A model generated the notes under the pieces. The model did no database searches and was not told where the DNA came from. It was given only the letters and a program-made list of their open reading frames with translations. The position numbers were made by a program, and so were the translations under genes. A DNA stretch of 64,000 bases from Eledone cirrhosa (Eukaryota), in contig OZ024740.1 in the NCBI GenBank assembly GCA_964016885.1, positions 212,164,001-212,228,000 of the forward strand. The letters run 5' to 3'. Shown here piece by piece: positions 19,301-37,119 of this stretch (within the stretch, counting starts at the first letter, position 1; each line of letters starts with the position of its first letter).

Positions 19301-19927
19301 GAGTGGTCACCTTGCCAGGATGAAGGATTCTAGAATACCAAAACAACTCTTCTATGGAGAGTTGGTTAAAGGAAAACGACCGCCACATAAACCAAAAAGG
19401 AGGTATAAGGATTCCTTGAAGGCCTCTCTGAAAGACGCTAACATCTCTGCTGATACATGGGAAAATATTGCTGCTGATCGTAATAAATGGAGAAAGACTG
19501 TATATGAGGGAAAAGTTGCCTTTGAGGCATCTCGAATCGCACACGAGAAAGTAAAGCGGGACGTGAGGAAGGGTATTGCTGTTGCACTTCCAGACGGCGA
19601 GGGTCCTCCTATGTTTCTGACATGCAGCGTCTGTGCGAGACTCTGCCTAAGCAAAGCTGGACTCGAAAGTCATCTTCGCAGTCATAAAGTAAGACCAGTG
19701 GTTGACTACCAGGCTGCTGTTGGAGATGCTACTCATCATGCTTGCCAAACATGTGGTAGAGAATGTAAATCAGCAGGAGGACTCAAGCGACATGCAAAAG
19801 TACACGAACTCCAACCACAGCCGACTATTCCCAGTAAATGTTTTGGTTGCCGACTCTGTGCAAGACATTTTGGATCATTGGCTGGACTAAAAAGCCACAT
19901 TCGATCGCAGCACTGTTAGTTGCTATC

Positions 19928-19965
<38 letters not shown>

Positions 19966-20044
19966 GCTTGTGTGCGTGCGTGTGTGTGTATATATATATG
20001 AATATGTATATTATTATTGTTGTTGTCGTTATTATTATTATTGC

Positions 20045-20081
<37 letters not shown>

Positions 20082-20150
20082 TTTTTTTTTTTTTTTTTTT
20101 TTTTTTATTGTGCAATGGCCATACTCGATAACGAGGGGGCAGCCATCATA
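15915..20150 (+). mobile_element. RTE-clade LINE, copy A (partial 5' UTR, single ORF, 3' UTR) inserted in (TA)n
   Basis: APE domain (WNVRTL, ALSETRL, GDFNA, TDH) + RT (QGD, YADD) + three C2H2 fingers; 3' terminal stem-loop CTCG-ATAA-CGAG. Confidence 0.95.
16373..19919 (+). pseudogene. RTE ORF (APE-RT-3xC2H2) with a +1 frameshift at 18980-18981
   Basis: Copy A reads CCTTGGACAG where copy B reads CCTTGACAG. ORFs 16373-18988 and 18903-19919 join to match 28916-32467. Confidence 0.9.
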
Positions 20151-20260
20151 TATATGTGTATATATATATGTATATATATATATATGTATATATGTGTATA
20201 TATATATGTGTATATGTATATATATGTATATATATATATATATGTATATATATGTATATA

Positions 20261-20317
<57 letters not shown>

Positions 20318-20499
20318 TTGTATATATATATATCTATATATATATATGTATATATATCTATATGTATATATATATGTACATATTTGTATATATATATATG
20401 TATATATATATATGTATATATATCTATATGTATATATATATGTATATATATATATGTATATATATCTATATGTATATATATATGTATATATGTATATAT

Positions 20500-20553
20500 C
20501 CTACATGGATGTAAAGTAGTGGCCGTACTCGAAAACGAGTTGGCAGCCACCAT
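20500..20553 (+). mobile_element. Very short 3' end of a sister RTE subfamily
   Basis: TGGCCGTACTCGAAAACGAGTTGGCAGCCACCAT compared with TGGCCATACTCGATAACGAGGGGGCAGCCATCAT at 20116-20149. Confidence 0.7.
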
Positions 20554-20632
20554 GTATATATACATATAGATATATATACATATACATATATACATATATA
20601 TATATATACAAAAATGTATATATATATGTATA

Positions 20633-20673
<41 letters not shown>

Positions 20674-20684
20674 GTATATATATG

Positions 20685-20731
<47 letters not shown>

Positions 20732-20756
20732 GTATATAGATATGTATATATATGTG

Positions 20757-20787
<31 letters not shown>

Positions 20788-20852
20788 GTATATATATATG
20801 TATATGTATATATATATATATGTATATGTATATAGATATGTATATATATGTG

Positions 20853-20916
<64 letters not shown>

Positions 20917-20919
20917 CTA

Positions 20920-20979
<60 letters not shown>

Positions 20980-20980
20980 G

Positions 20981-21012
<32 letters not shown>

Positions 21013-21015
21013 CTA

Positions 21016-21053
<38 letters not shown>

Positions 21054-21085
21054 GTATATATATATGTATATATATATATATGTGT

Positions 21086-21305
21086 GTGGCTGAAAGGTTA
21101 GAGAATTGGATTCGCAATCGTAAGGTTGTGAGTTCGATTCCTGGACCAGGCGATGCGTTATGTCCTTGAGCAAGATACTTTATTACACGTTTCTCCTTCT
21201 ACCTTGATTTGCGACCGATAGATAGTATTAGCAATTGGAAAGACCAACGGAAACATTGTTACCGCGGTCCGATTTGACGAAAGTCGATCGTTTGAGATTT
21301 GAGAT
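21086..21305 (+). mobile_element. tRNA-derived SINE
   Basis: Box A TGGCTGAAAGG, box B GTTCGATTCC, then the core TGTCCTTGAGCAAGATACTT. Confidence 0.8.
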
Positions 21306-21470
21306 ATGTATATATGTATATATATATGTATATATGTATATATGTATATATATATGTATATATGTATATATGTATATATGTATATATGTGTATATATATG
21401 TATATATGTAGATATATATATATATATGTATATATGTATATATATATATGTATATATGTATATATATATA

Positions 21471-21786
21471 TTTCGTTTCTGAATTTGTTTAGCAAGATTC
21501 TTTATCTGAAAACGTGTGTTGAAACCGATATTGTTATACTTTGGGAGGGTCATGTTGCCAATAAGAAACACACGCACCAGTTGCTTTTACTTCATTTTAT
21601 TATAATAAATTTATAAATTTCCGGTTGGTTGGTTGGTTCCACAACCAGATGTTTGTTTATATATTGTCAAAGTTCTTTCGTCACACATTCTGTGACCTCT
21701 TCAGTGACTGGGGATTCTTTTCTTTGGTTTTCTGCCTCTCCTTGGTTCTGTCCTACGACATCTTGGAAACAAGATGGCGTAGGACA
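21471..21786 (-). mobile_element. Second copy of the short HHR-bearing pseudo-LTR (family B HHR at 21666-21715)
   Basis: Near-identical to 9293-9606 with the same ends. Confidence 0.75.
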
Positions 21787-21789
21787 TAT

Positions 21790-24868
<3,079 letters not shown>

Positions 24869-24874
24869 GGATAT

Positions 24875-25088
<214 letters not shown>

Positions 25089-25112
25089 ATATATATATAT
25101 ATATATATGTAT

Positions 25113-25375
25113 ATCGCTGCCATGTCCTGCGTCTCCAATAGACCAGTGTCTGTCCTTAGGGCATCAACATACGTTAACCTTGGTCTTCCTCTTCTAGTGT
25201 GTCCATGTAGGGCCTCCCAAAGGAGCACTGAGTGCAATGTCAACTCTGAATGTCGGTGAGCATATCCAGCCATCCTCAGTCTCCTCTGTGTCACTTTTGA
25301 GCTGACTCTTGGGATGCTCCCATACAGCAATAATGAGGGCCAGAGACCGCTGGAGAGAACTCGTCTATGGATCTC
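25113..25375 (-). mobile_element. RTE-like LINE C-terminal fragment
   Basis: [12 protein letters not shown]...LLWE...[13 protein letters not shown]. Confidence 0.75.
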
Positions 25376-25454
25376 ATATATATATACATATATATATATA
25401 CATATATACATATATAAATGTATATATGTATATATATATATGTATATATATATG

Positions 25455-25503
<49 letters not shown>

Positions 25504-25521
25504 GTATATATATATATGTAT

Positions 25522-25930
25522 ATAAGTTAGAAAGATCTATCTTCTGCAGACATAGAATAGCCACTAAATTCATAAGATTCAAACCTCCGTGAATCGAACC
25601 AACATAACATAGCTTTAAATTAGGATACCTACTACCCACAGAAATATATTCATTAAGTATACTATATCCTTCACAAATCTATACCACACAATTGTCTGTA
25701 AGTACCTCATCTATCAACAATCTTACTCCTTCTCAGCTGCTGCAATCATTTGATCCTAGATCCTAGTTTTTCTCATTTCACTACTACGATGTTACTTTAC
25801 CTTCTTTTTGCCATAATTACAATTAGCACGCTTTTCTCTTTGCATGTATGTATATTTTTGTACGAGTGTATATTGATGTGTATGTATGTGTCTATGTACA
25901 CATGCATGTGTATATATGTGTATATATATT

Positions 25931-25961
<31 letters not shown>

Positions 25962-26525
25962 ATGTGTGTGTGTGTGTGTGCGTAGATATATGCGTATATT
26001 AATTCGTTAACCTCTGTATTAACTCTACAACTATTTAGCTTTGACAGTGGTTCCACTCATGTATACTGTTGAAGATGAAGAGAAAGACTGTAAAAACTAG
26101 CTTATCTTTATAATTTAAAAGTGATATACACTACGATACTCTGTACATGTCAAAGCTTCATTTTGCCTTATGACAGCTAGTTTTCACGCCGTAACATTAG
26201 ATACATTATATACCCCCCACCTAAGTAATGTCAGGGTCTCCTTAAATAATTTATTGATAGCATTGTTGTAATTGTTGTTATTGTTCTAATTGAATGCCAT
26301 TACTACTCCATATAGTAGCCTGTATTTTGTTTTCTTTTCTTGCCTGTGTATTTTCTTGATTCTCGCATGCTCCGAAGATCTGACTGGTTATAATTCTGTA
26401 TTGGCGATCGTGTAACGCAAAATTAAGCGGATAGCGATCTCTAGAATACCAGTTCAGTGAAACAAATGTAAGCTATGTGATTAAAACCTTTTTTGTATAG
26501 CAAACCATGTAAACCTTCTTTCCTG
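25522..26525 (+). mobile_element. 3' end of a PLE (last codons + 3' UTR + HHR), sister of 35701-36928
   Basis: [22 protein letters not shown] matches 35862-35929; the terminal 200 nt are homologous. Confidence 0.8.
26360..26482 (+). ncRNA. Type I hammerhead with ~80-nt stem II insertion, family E2
   Basis: GCT-CCGAAGA-TCTGACTGGT...ACCAGTTCAGT-GAAA-CAAATG-TA^AGC. Confidence 0.65.
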
Positions 26526-26556
<31 letters not shown>

Positions 26557-26587
26557 GTATATATATATATGTATATATATATGTATA

Positions 26588-26660
<73 letters not shown>

Positions 26661-26809
26661 GTATATATGTATATGTATATATATATATATGTATATGTAT
26701 ATGTATATATATATATATATGTATATATATATGTATACATATGTATATATATATAAGTATATATATATGTATATATATGTATATATATATATATGTGTAT
26801 ATATATATG

Positions 26810-26842
<33 letters not shown>

Positions 26843-26863
26843 GTATATATATATATATATGTG

Positions 26864-26898
<35 letters not shown>

Positions 26899-27036
26899 GT
26901 ATATATATGTATATATATATATATGTATATATATATATGTATATATATATATGTATATATATATGTATATATATATATGTATATATATATGTATATATAT
27001 ATGTATATATATATATGTATATATATATGTATATAT

Positions 27037-27105
<69 letters not shown>

Positions 27106-27163
27106 TGTATGTATATATATATATATGCATATATATATATATGTATGTATATATATATGTATG

Positions 27164-27203
<40 letters not shown>

Positions 27204-27209
27204 TGTATG

Positions 27210-27258
<49 letters not shown>

Positions 27259-27541
27259 GTATATATGTATATATATATATGTATATATGTATATATGTAT
27301 ATATGTATATATGTATATATGTATATGTATATATGTATATATATATATGTATATATATGTATATGTATATATGTATATATATATATGTATATATATATAT
27401 ATGTATATATGTATATATGTATATATGTATATATGTATATATATGTATATATATATGTATATATAAATATATGTATATATAAATATATGTATATATATAT
27501 ATATGTATGTATATATATATGTATGTATATATATATGTATG

Positions 27542-27572
<31 letters not shown>

Positions 27573-27593
27573 GTATGTATATATATATGTATG

Positions 27594-27624
<31 letters not shown>

Positions 27625-27931
27625 GTATGTATATATATATGTATGTATATATATATATATGTATATATATATGTGTGTATATATGTATGTATATATATAT
27701 ATATGTATGTATATATATATATATGTATATATATATATGTATGTATATATATATATATATGTATGTATATATATATGTATGTATATGTATATATATATGT
27801 ATGTATATATATATATATATGTATGTATATATATATGTATGTATATATATATGTATGTATATATATATATATGTATGTATATATATATGTATGTATATAT
27901 ATATATATGTATGTATATATATATATGTATG

Positions 27932-27965
<34 letters not shown>

Positions 27966-27983
27966 TGTATGTATATATATATG

Positions 27984-28064
27984 TATTGCCAATGATCTTT
28001 TTTGTTCCAGAACCCAAATTGGCAATTATCTCGTTTACATTGTTCTGGAACATCATTGAATTGG

Positions 28065-28099
<35 letters not shown>

Positions 28100-28440
28100 T
28101 AATAATAGTAATAATAATAATAATAATAATAATGATACTACACTATTAATAATTATTAATGCACTCGTGCAATGCCTGTGCGTGACGAATATTTTTAAAG
28201 TGAGGAAAGACTGTGCACTGAACCAATCCCACTCTCTGAGCGACAGTAGCTATAACCCGAAAAGAAGAAAAGATCAACATCATCGGTAACTACTGAGCCG
28301 CAGGTTTTATATCGGAGTTAACCCAGTTTCCTGAGATGCCTTCTCCTAGAAGAATACCCTGACATGGGCTAGGGGTTCTTCACTCCCAGTGGTTTAACTG
28401 CGCGATCGGGCATCCAGCCCGATTATTTCTATGTCCCCGC

Positions 28441-28478
<38 letters not shown>

Positions 28479-31400
28479 ACTTATTGACACTTATACGTAC
28501 GACATACACACACACGCATACATATGCGTGCACACAGCAACACACACACACAACAAACACACACACACGCTACTCTACTCACTTACACGCACACACACAC
28601 ATATATATATATATATATTACCGTCATTACTGATACAAGATTACCAGATTATGTCAACTGTTGACTTTCAAGAGTTTGTATAGTTGAAGCCGATCGTATT
28701 ACAGTCCAGTATTACTATAATTGCTTTACAGCATAGAGTTATGGCTCTCCACGGAGTCAACAAAAAAGAGTACCAGTGATGCGCTGGCCAGTCGCTGGAT
28801 CCGTGCCAAAAGCAGAAAAATTATTATTAAAGTTGTTCTTAAGGTCGCTGGTGATGGTGATGGCGACGGCGGTGGTGGTGGTGGTGGTGGTGGCAGTTGA
28901 TGTTGTTGTTCTGTTGTGTGTGTGTGTGTGTGTTTTGTTATTTTGAGTTTTTTTTTTTCCTTTCTTTTTTTCTCCTTTTTTTTTTTTGGCAATAAGGGCA
29001 GGGGCCCCAAGTTATCACAACCTGGGCCCGCCCGTCATCGTGCCATTGTAATAGAGCCACACAGGGCATTTAGTCTTGGCTGCTGGAACGTACGGACGCT
29101 GCTTGACAGGGATTCTTTGGAGCGTCCTGAACGAAGGACCGCTCTTGTTGCGAAGGAGCTTCGACGTTACGATCTTGACATCGTGGCTTTGTCTGAGACG
29201 AGGTTAGCTGGGGATGGTCATCTTACGGAATTTTGTGGAGAATATACATTCTTCTGGAAAGGAAGAGATGAAGGAACCAGAAGAGAGGCTGGGGTAGGAT
29301 TTGCTGTTAAGACTGTACTGGTGAATAAATTAGAAGAATTCCCAGTGGGGATTAGTGAGCGTCTTATGTCCATGAGAGTTCCGCTGGACAAGGGAAGATA
29401 TGCTACCCTGGTGAGTGTGTATGCTCCAACTATGAATTCTGTCGATGAAGAAAAACTGTCCTTTTACCATGCCTTGAAAGGTGTTTTAAGAAATATCCCT
29501 CAGGCAGACAAAGTCATCGTGCTTGGTGACTTTAATGCTAGAGTGGGTAGGGATTTTAACACATGGAATGTAATCGGAAGGCATGGGGTGGGAAAGTGTA
29601 ACAGCAATGGTATGCTCTTGCTGCAGATGTGTGAGGAGCTGGATCTGTGTGTTACCAACACCATGTTCCAACAAAAGAACAAATTCAAGACCACATGGAT
29701 GCATCCTGCATCTAAGGAATGGCATCTTTTGGACTACGTCCTAGTCAGGATGCGTGACAGACAGGATGTGCAGTGTGTTCGTGTTCTTCGTGGAGCTGAG
29801 TGCTGGACGGACCACCGCCTGGTACGCGCAAAAGTGAATCTAATCACCAAACGTAAAATCCGGGCTCCTGGTGTTGCCCTGCCCAAAAGATTGAATGCTG
29901 CTCGTCTTAAGGATAAAAATGTGAAGAGGACATTGGAAGAAGAGATGCAGGCTGCAGATCTTGGTGAGGATTGGCCGACCCTTAAAAAGTCGGTTTATGA
30001 TGTAGGCAGACGTGTTCTGGGATTGGTGCAGAGAAAACATCAGGACTGGTTTAATGAGAAAGATGTGCATATAGATGACTTGTTGGCTGATAAGAGGCGC
30101 GCTCTGTCACGCTACTTGACGGCAAAACCACAGGAGAGGAATACGTTGCATGAGGAGCTCAGGGATGTAAAATCACGTGTTAGGCGGAGTCTTTCTCAGA
30201 TGAAGGATCAGTGGTGGAGTGAGAAGGCTGGTGAGATACAAACTGCGTCTGATTGCAATAACACAAAGCTGTTGTACAGTCTCTTGCGTGAGGTTTATGA
30301 ACCGTCTTCTTCTCTGGTGACACCGATTCGCAGCAGGGATGGCAAAGAACTTCTTCGTGACTCACAGGGAATTCTACGAAGGTGGCGAGAGCACTTTGAT
30401 GATCTTTTGAATCAGCCGTCTGTCGTCAGTGAAGATTTCCTCAATCTCATTCCGGAAAGTCCTGTGAAAGTAGCTCTCGCAGAACCTCCGACACTTGTGG
30501 AGGTTGCAGTGGCTATTTCGAAGCTGAACAGTGGAAGATCTCCAGGTATGGATGGCATACATGCTGAGCTCCTACAATATGGTGGTGAGAGACTCCTGCA
30601 ACATCTTCACTCTCTGTTTGGAGGGATATGGGCTAATGAATCCGTGCCTGAGGACTGGAGAGATGCAGTAATGGTGGTCTTGTACAAGGGAAAGGGTAAC
30701 AGGAATGATTGTGGGAACTACAGAGGTATATCATTGCTTTCTGTCGTGGGGAAAGTTTTATGTAGGGTGCTTCTGGACCGTCTGCTGACACACATTGCAG
30801 ATTGTGTCCTTCCTGAAAGCCAATCTGGTTTTCGTGTTGGACGCGGCACTACTGATATGATCTTCTCAGCTAGGCAGCTCCAGGAGAAGTGCATTGAACA
30901 GGGCTTGGATCTGTATCAGGTTTTTGTCGATCTGACAAAGGCTTTCGATACTGTCAACAGAGATGCATTATGGAAGGTTCTCCAGAAACTTGGTTGCCCT
31001 GATAAGTTCCTTGCTTTAGTTAGGTCTTTCCATGACGACATGAAGGCTTGGGTTAATGTCGGAGGTAACATGTCGGAGCCTATCTCAGTAAAAAATGGAG
31101 TGAAACAGGGGGATATTCCAGCACCGACCCTGTTTGCCATATACTTTGCAATGGTTTTCTGTATTGCATTCAGGAATTGCGAGCATGGTGTTTACATCCG
31201 ATATCGAACCTCAGGCAGCATATTTAACATCAGGCGCTTTGCTGCGAAGACAAAAGTATTTACATCGGTCATAAGAGACCTCTTGTATGCAGATGATTGC
31301 GATCTTGTAGCGCACACAGAGAGTGATATGCAGCACATTTTGAATGTATTTTCTGACGCTTGCACTGCCCTGGGTTTGACTGTCAGTCTCAAGAAAACCG

Positions 31401-32592
31401 TCGTCATGTACCAACCTGCACCTGGTAGGCAGTACACTGAACCAAACATCTATGTGTATGGCAAACGACTTGGAGTGGTTGATCAGTTTGTCTACCTGGG
31501 AAGCACTGTCAATCGATACGGCAACCTTGACAGTGAAATCTCACTTAGGATTAGGAAAGCAAGTGATGCTTTCGGAAAGCTAGAAAGGCGACTCTGGGGT
31601 CGGCGAGACATATGCAGGAGGACAAAGGTAAAGGTGTACAGGGCATGTGTACTCTCTTGTCTTCTTTATGCCTGCGAGACCTGGGTCACATATCGACGCC
31701 ACCTTAAGCAATTGGAGCGTTTCCATCAGATGTGTCTCAGACGGATACATGGCGTTCGCTGGAGGGACCACATCAGTGATGTCGAGATTTTGGAAAGCTC
31801 TATGTGTGACAGTATAGAAGCTCTTGTGCTTAAGCAGCGACTCCGTTGGAGTGGTCACCTTGCCAGGATGAAGGATTCTAGAATACCAAAACAACTCTTC
31901 TATGGAGAGTTGGTTAAAGGAAAACGACCGCCACATAAACCAAAAAAGAGGTATAAGGATTCCTTGAAGGCCTCTCTGAAAGACGCTAACATCTCTGCTG
32001 ATACATGGGAAAATATTGCTGCTGATCGTAATAAATGGAGAAAGACTGTATATGAGGGAAAAGTTGCCTTTGAGGCATCTCGAATCGCACACGAGAAAGT
32101 AAAGCGGGACGTGAGGAAGGGTATTGCTGTTGCACTTCCAGACGGCGAGGGTCCTCCTATGTTTCTGACATGCAGCGTCTGTGCGAGACTCTGCCTAAGC
32201 AAAGCTGGACTCGAAAGTCATCTTCGCAGTCATAAAGTAAGACCAGTGGTTGACTACCAGGCTGCTGTTGGAGATGCTACTCATCATGCTTGCCAAACAT
32301 GTGGTAGAGAATGTAAATCAGCAGGAGGACTCAAGCGACATGCAAAAGTACACGAACTCCAACCACAGCCGACTATTCCCAGTAAATGTTTTGGTTGCCG
32401 ACTCTGTGCAAGACATTTTAGATCATTGGCTGGGCTAAAAAGCCACATTCGATCGCAGCACTGTTAGTTGCTATCGTGTGTTTGTGTGTGTATGTGTGTG
32501 TGTGTGTAGATATGCTTATGTGCGTGCGTGTGTGTGTATATATATATGAATATGTATATTATTATTGTTGTTGTCGTTATTATTATTATTGC

Positions 32593-32641
<49 letters not shown>

Positions 32642-32772
32642 ATTATTATTGTTATTAATGTATGTGTGTATATATGTGTGAGTGTATGTGTATGTATGTG
32701 TGTGTGTATATATGTATGTATGTGTATGTATGTGTGTGTGTATATATACGTGTATGTATATATATGTGTGTA

Positions 32773-32809
<37 letters not shown>

Positions 32810-32841
32810 TTTCCCTTTTTTTTTTTTTTTTTTTTTTTATT

Positions 32842-32898
<57 letters not shown>

Positions 32899-32968
32899 TT
32901 TTTTTTTTTTTTTTTTTTTTTTTTATTGTGCAATGGCCATACTCGATAACGAGGGGGCAGCCATCATA
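27984..32968 (+). mobile_element. RTE-clade LINE, copy B, with a 1-kb 5' inversion (27984-28988)
   Basis: 27984-28500 is the reverse complement of 15915-16445; 28987 onward is colinear with 16437 onward. Confidence 0.95.
28989..32467 (+). CDS. Uninterrupted RTE APE-RT-3xC2H2 reading frame, lacking its native N-terminal ~22 codons (inverted away)
   Basis: The ORF track reports 1183 aa, but its apparent N-terminus is low-complexity inverted UTR. The native [22 protein letters not shown] is on the minus strand at 27991-28056. Confidence 0.88.
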
Positions 32969-33096
32969 TATATATATATATATGTATGTATATATATATG
33001 TATGTATATATATATGTATGTATATATATATATATGTATGTATATATATATGTATGTATATATATATATATATGTATGTATATATATATATGTATG

Positions 33097-33130
<34 letters not shown>

Positions 33131-33284
33131 TGTATGTATATATATATGTATGTATATATATATATATATGTATGTATATATATATGTATGTATATATATA
33201 TGTATGTATATATATATATATGTATGTATATATATATGTATGTATATATATATATATATGTATGTATATATATATATATGTATG

Positions 33285-33318
<34 letters not shown>

Positions 33319-33324
33319 TGTATG

Positions 33325-33930
<606 letters not shown>

Positions 33931-33989
33931 ATTATATATATATATCAAGAAAGAAGAGTGACATGGTTTGCTATACAAAAAAGGCTTTT

Positions 33990-34115
33990 AATCACTTTTC
34001 TGACAATTGTTTCTCTGAACTGGTAGGTCTAGAGATCACTACCCGCCTGTTTTCGCGTCAATCGTTCACCAATACATAGTGGTAACCAGTCAATTCATCA
34101 GACCTAGCGAGAATG
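33990..34115 (-). ncRNA. Type I hammerhead with 81-nt stem II insertion, family E1 (left arm)
   Basis: Reverse complement of 36760-36882; stem I is partly mutated. Confidence 0.68.
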
Positions 34116-36759
34116 AAGGGAATACACAGGCATGGCCTCTATATATAGTAGTGGTAGCATTCAATCAGAACAATAACAACAATACTAACAGTGCTAGCAA
34201 TAAATTATTTGAAATAATCACAACATCAATCTAAGTGAGACATATAGTATACTTAAGACTTTAGCATGTAAAATGAGTTGATATGAGGCAGATGTATGAA
34301 ATTGACATGTAAAAGCTGTCATGGGGTGTATTATATATAGTGTGGATATAAGCCGGGGCTTTAAACAATGTACCATTTCCTTTACCGTAGGTTTGGTGAC
34401 CATAAGAATTATTTATTATCTGACAGATAAAACATTTATCATTGTAGTGAGGATAGTAATTTTTGTGGTGTGAAGTGGATTCAATATTTATGTGGTCTAT
34501 ATTAGATGAAGGGATTGTTAGTTCGAATCATGGGGTTGTTTAGCTTTCACATCATCAATAACATACATGTAAAAGATAACATTAACAGAGTAGCAATATA
34601 ATAGGTAAGTTAATACAAAGGTTAAGGAGGCAATATATATAGAGAGAGAAAACATGCTGACTACAATTATAACAACAGGAGGAAGGTTATGTTTTACTGT
34701 GGTAGTATTCTGATAATGTACTTGGATTTAGGTTCATCTGTTGAGAATCAAGGGTGAGGAAGTTGTGTTGACAGCAGCTGAGAAGAGATATATTTATGGG
34801 TTGATAAGATATTTGCAGACATTACTGTGGTATAGAATTAAGAAGGCTAGAATTTGCTTAATGAGTATTTTAGTTCTGTGGTGGTCCGTGTAATAGCGTG
34901 GATATCATATGTTGAATGCTAAGTTATGTTGGTTCGATTCACAGTGGCTTAAATCTTGTGAATTTAGTGACGTTCCTGTGTCTGCAGAAAATTGATCTTT
35001 CTATCTTGTTGTTGAGTAGCCTTTTTTAATTCCTAAGGATATACAGTAATTCAAGATCACAGAGCCTACAATAGGACATGCCGGTACTGTATGCCCTTGC
35101 GGCCGACAACCTCGACCAGTTGATATTGTAGTTGGTGCTATTGTCCTTAAGTTCCCAGATTTTTTTGGCGAGAGTTGTAGAACCTATAAGTGCACGGTTC
35201 TTCATCGAGTGTCTGTGCATATACCATCTTTTTTTTAATAAAAGTAACCGCGGTGGATCCAATGTAATACCAAGTGGAGTTGCCCGAGTTCACCGTACAC
35301 ATGTACACTAGGCTTGAATCAAGGCATCTGTTCGCCAATGGGCACCTATCCGGTAGGTGACAGTTGTAGTTTGAGGTGTTATTCCGTGCAGCTTCCATAC
35401 TGCTGTTTTGCACACTGCTATAAGTGGGTTGTGATTTGTGCCCATTGAGGTTTTGCTGCTGCGTGCTTGTATGCTTTTGCGGTTGTGATACTGTGATGTG
35501 TTTATGTTTAGAATTTTGTGCTATGTTGCGCATAGGTGGAGCGGTTTCCCTAGAGGTATTTCTGTGGTTGATCTTGCGTATGCGTGATTCTATATTTGCA
35601 GCCGTAGAGTATAAGCGTTTTATAGTTTTTCTATTGAGGATTTTATGATATCTGTGTGATATAGGGGAGTGTTTATCTATTAGTTCAAAGAACGTAGAAG
35701 GCAACAAAATCTGGGAACTTAAGGACAATAGCACCAACTACAATATCAACTGGTCGAGGTTGTCGGCTGCAAGGGCATACAGTACCGGCATGTCCTATTG
35801 TAGGCTCTGTGATCTTGAATTACTGTATATCCTTAGGAATTAAAAAAGGCTACTCAACAACAAGATAGAAAGATCAATTTTCTGCAGACACAAGATCGCC
35901 ACAAAATTCACAAGATTTAAGCCACCGTGAATCGAACCAACATAACTTAGCATTCAACATATGATATCCACACTATAACACGGACCACTACAGAACTAAA
36001 ATACTCATTTAGCAAATTCTAGCCTTCTTAATTCTATACCACAGTAATGTCTGCAAACATCTTATCAACCCATAAATATATCTCTTCTCAGCTGCTGTCA
36101 ACACAAATTCCTCACCCTTGATTCTCAACAGATGAACCTAAATCCAAGTACATTATCAGAATACTACCACAGTAAAACATCACCTTCCTCCTGCTGTTAT
36201 AATTGTAGTCAGCTTGTTTTCTCTCTCTATATATATATATTTCCTCCTTAACCTCTGTATTAACTTACCTATTATATTGCTACTCTGTTAATGTTATCTT
36301 ATACATGTATGTTATTGATGATATGAAAGCTAAACAACCCCATGATTCGAACTAACAATCCCTTCATCAAATATAGACCACATAAATATTGAATCCACTT
36401 CACACCACAAAAATTACTATCCTCACTACAATGATAAATATTTTATCTGTCAGATAATAAATAATTCTTATGGTCACCAAACCTATGGTAAAGGAAATGG
36501 TACATTGTTTAAAGCCCCGGCTTATATCCACACTATATATAATACACCCCACGACAGCTTTTACATGTCAATTTCATACATCTGCTTCATATCAACTCAT
36601 TTTACATGCTAAAGTCTTAAGTATACTATATGTCTCACTTAGATTGATGTTGTGATTATTTCAAATAATTTATTGCTAGCACTGTTAGTATTGTTGTTAT
36701 TGTTCTGATTGAATGCCACCACTACTATATATAGAGGCCATGCCTGTGTATTCCCTTCA

Positions 36760-36882
36760 TTCTCGCTAGCTCTGATGAATTGACTGGTTACAACTATGTA
36801 TTGGTGATCGATTGACGCGAAAACAGGCGGGTAGTGATCTCTAGACCTACCAGTTCAGAGAAACAATTGTCAGCAATGTGAT
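36760..36882 (+). ncRNA. Type I hammerhead with 81-nt stem II insertion, family E1
   Basis: GCT-CTGATGA(36772-36778)-ATTGACTGGT...ACCAGTTCAGA-GAAA-CAATTG-TC^AGC; GUC site after 36871. Confidence 0.75.
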
Positions 36883-37119
36883 TTAAAACCTTTTTTGTAT
36901 AGCAATCCGTGTCACTCTTCTTTCTTGATTTATCATTACTCCAAATGTAAACAACATATAAATCAACGCGTACTCACAGCATCACTATGGTAACGCCTTG
37001 TTGAGTCGAACTTAGCCAAGCATTGATACAATCCACTACTCGGAGTACCCTAACTGGACTACACCTAAGTGGACTACCTATAACAATAATCTGTTATCCT
37101 GTATATAGCGACAGCTCGT

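Larger units (their letters stand above)
33945..36928. mobile_element. Fold-back PLE: ~1.2-kb inverted arms (33945-35170 and 35701-36928) with GIY-YIG fragment spacer
   Basis: Arms are reverse complements. The minus-strand GIY-YIG motifs (CPLANRC, LVY, YIGST, CRLC) carry a frameshift. Confidence 0.9.

Noticed and set aside
16655-19654. Short minus-strand ORFs repeated in both RTE copies
   Set aside because: Shared only because the copies are near-identical; no independent evidence.
21086-21160. Functional tRNA genes at 21086 and 62532
   Set aside because: Imperfect cloverleaf followed by a SINE core, so these are SINE heads.
28916-28988. N-terminus MCVCVCFVILSFFF of the 1183-aa ORF
   Set aside because: Inverted 5' UTR microsatellite; the native start is at 16373 in copy A and 28056 (minus) in copy B.
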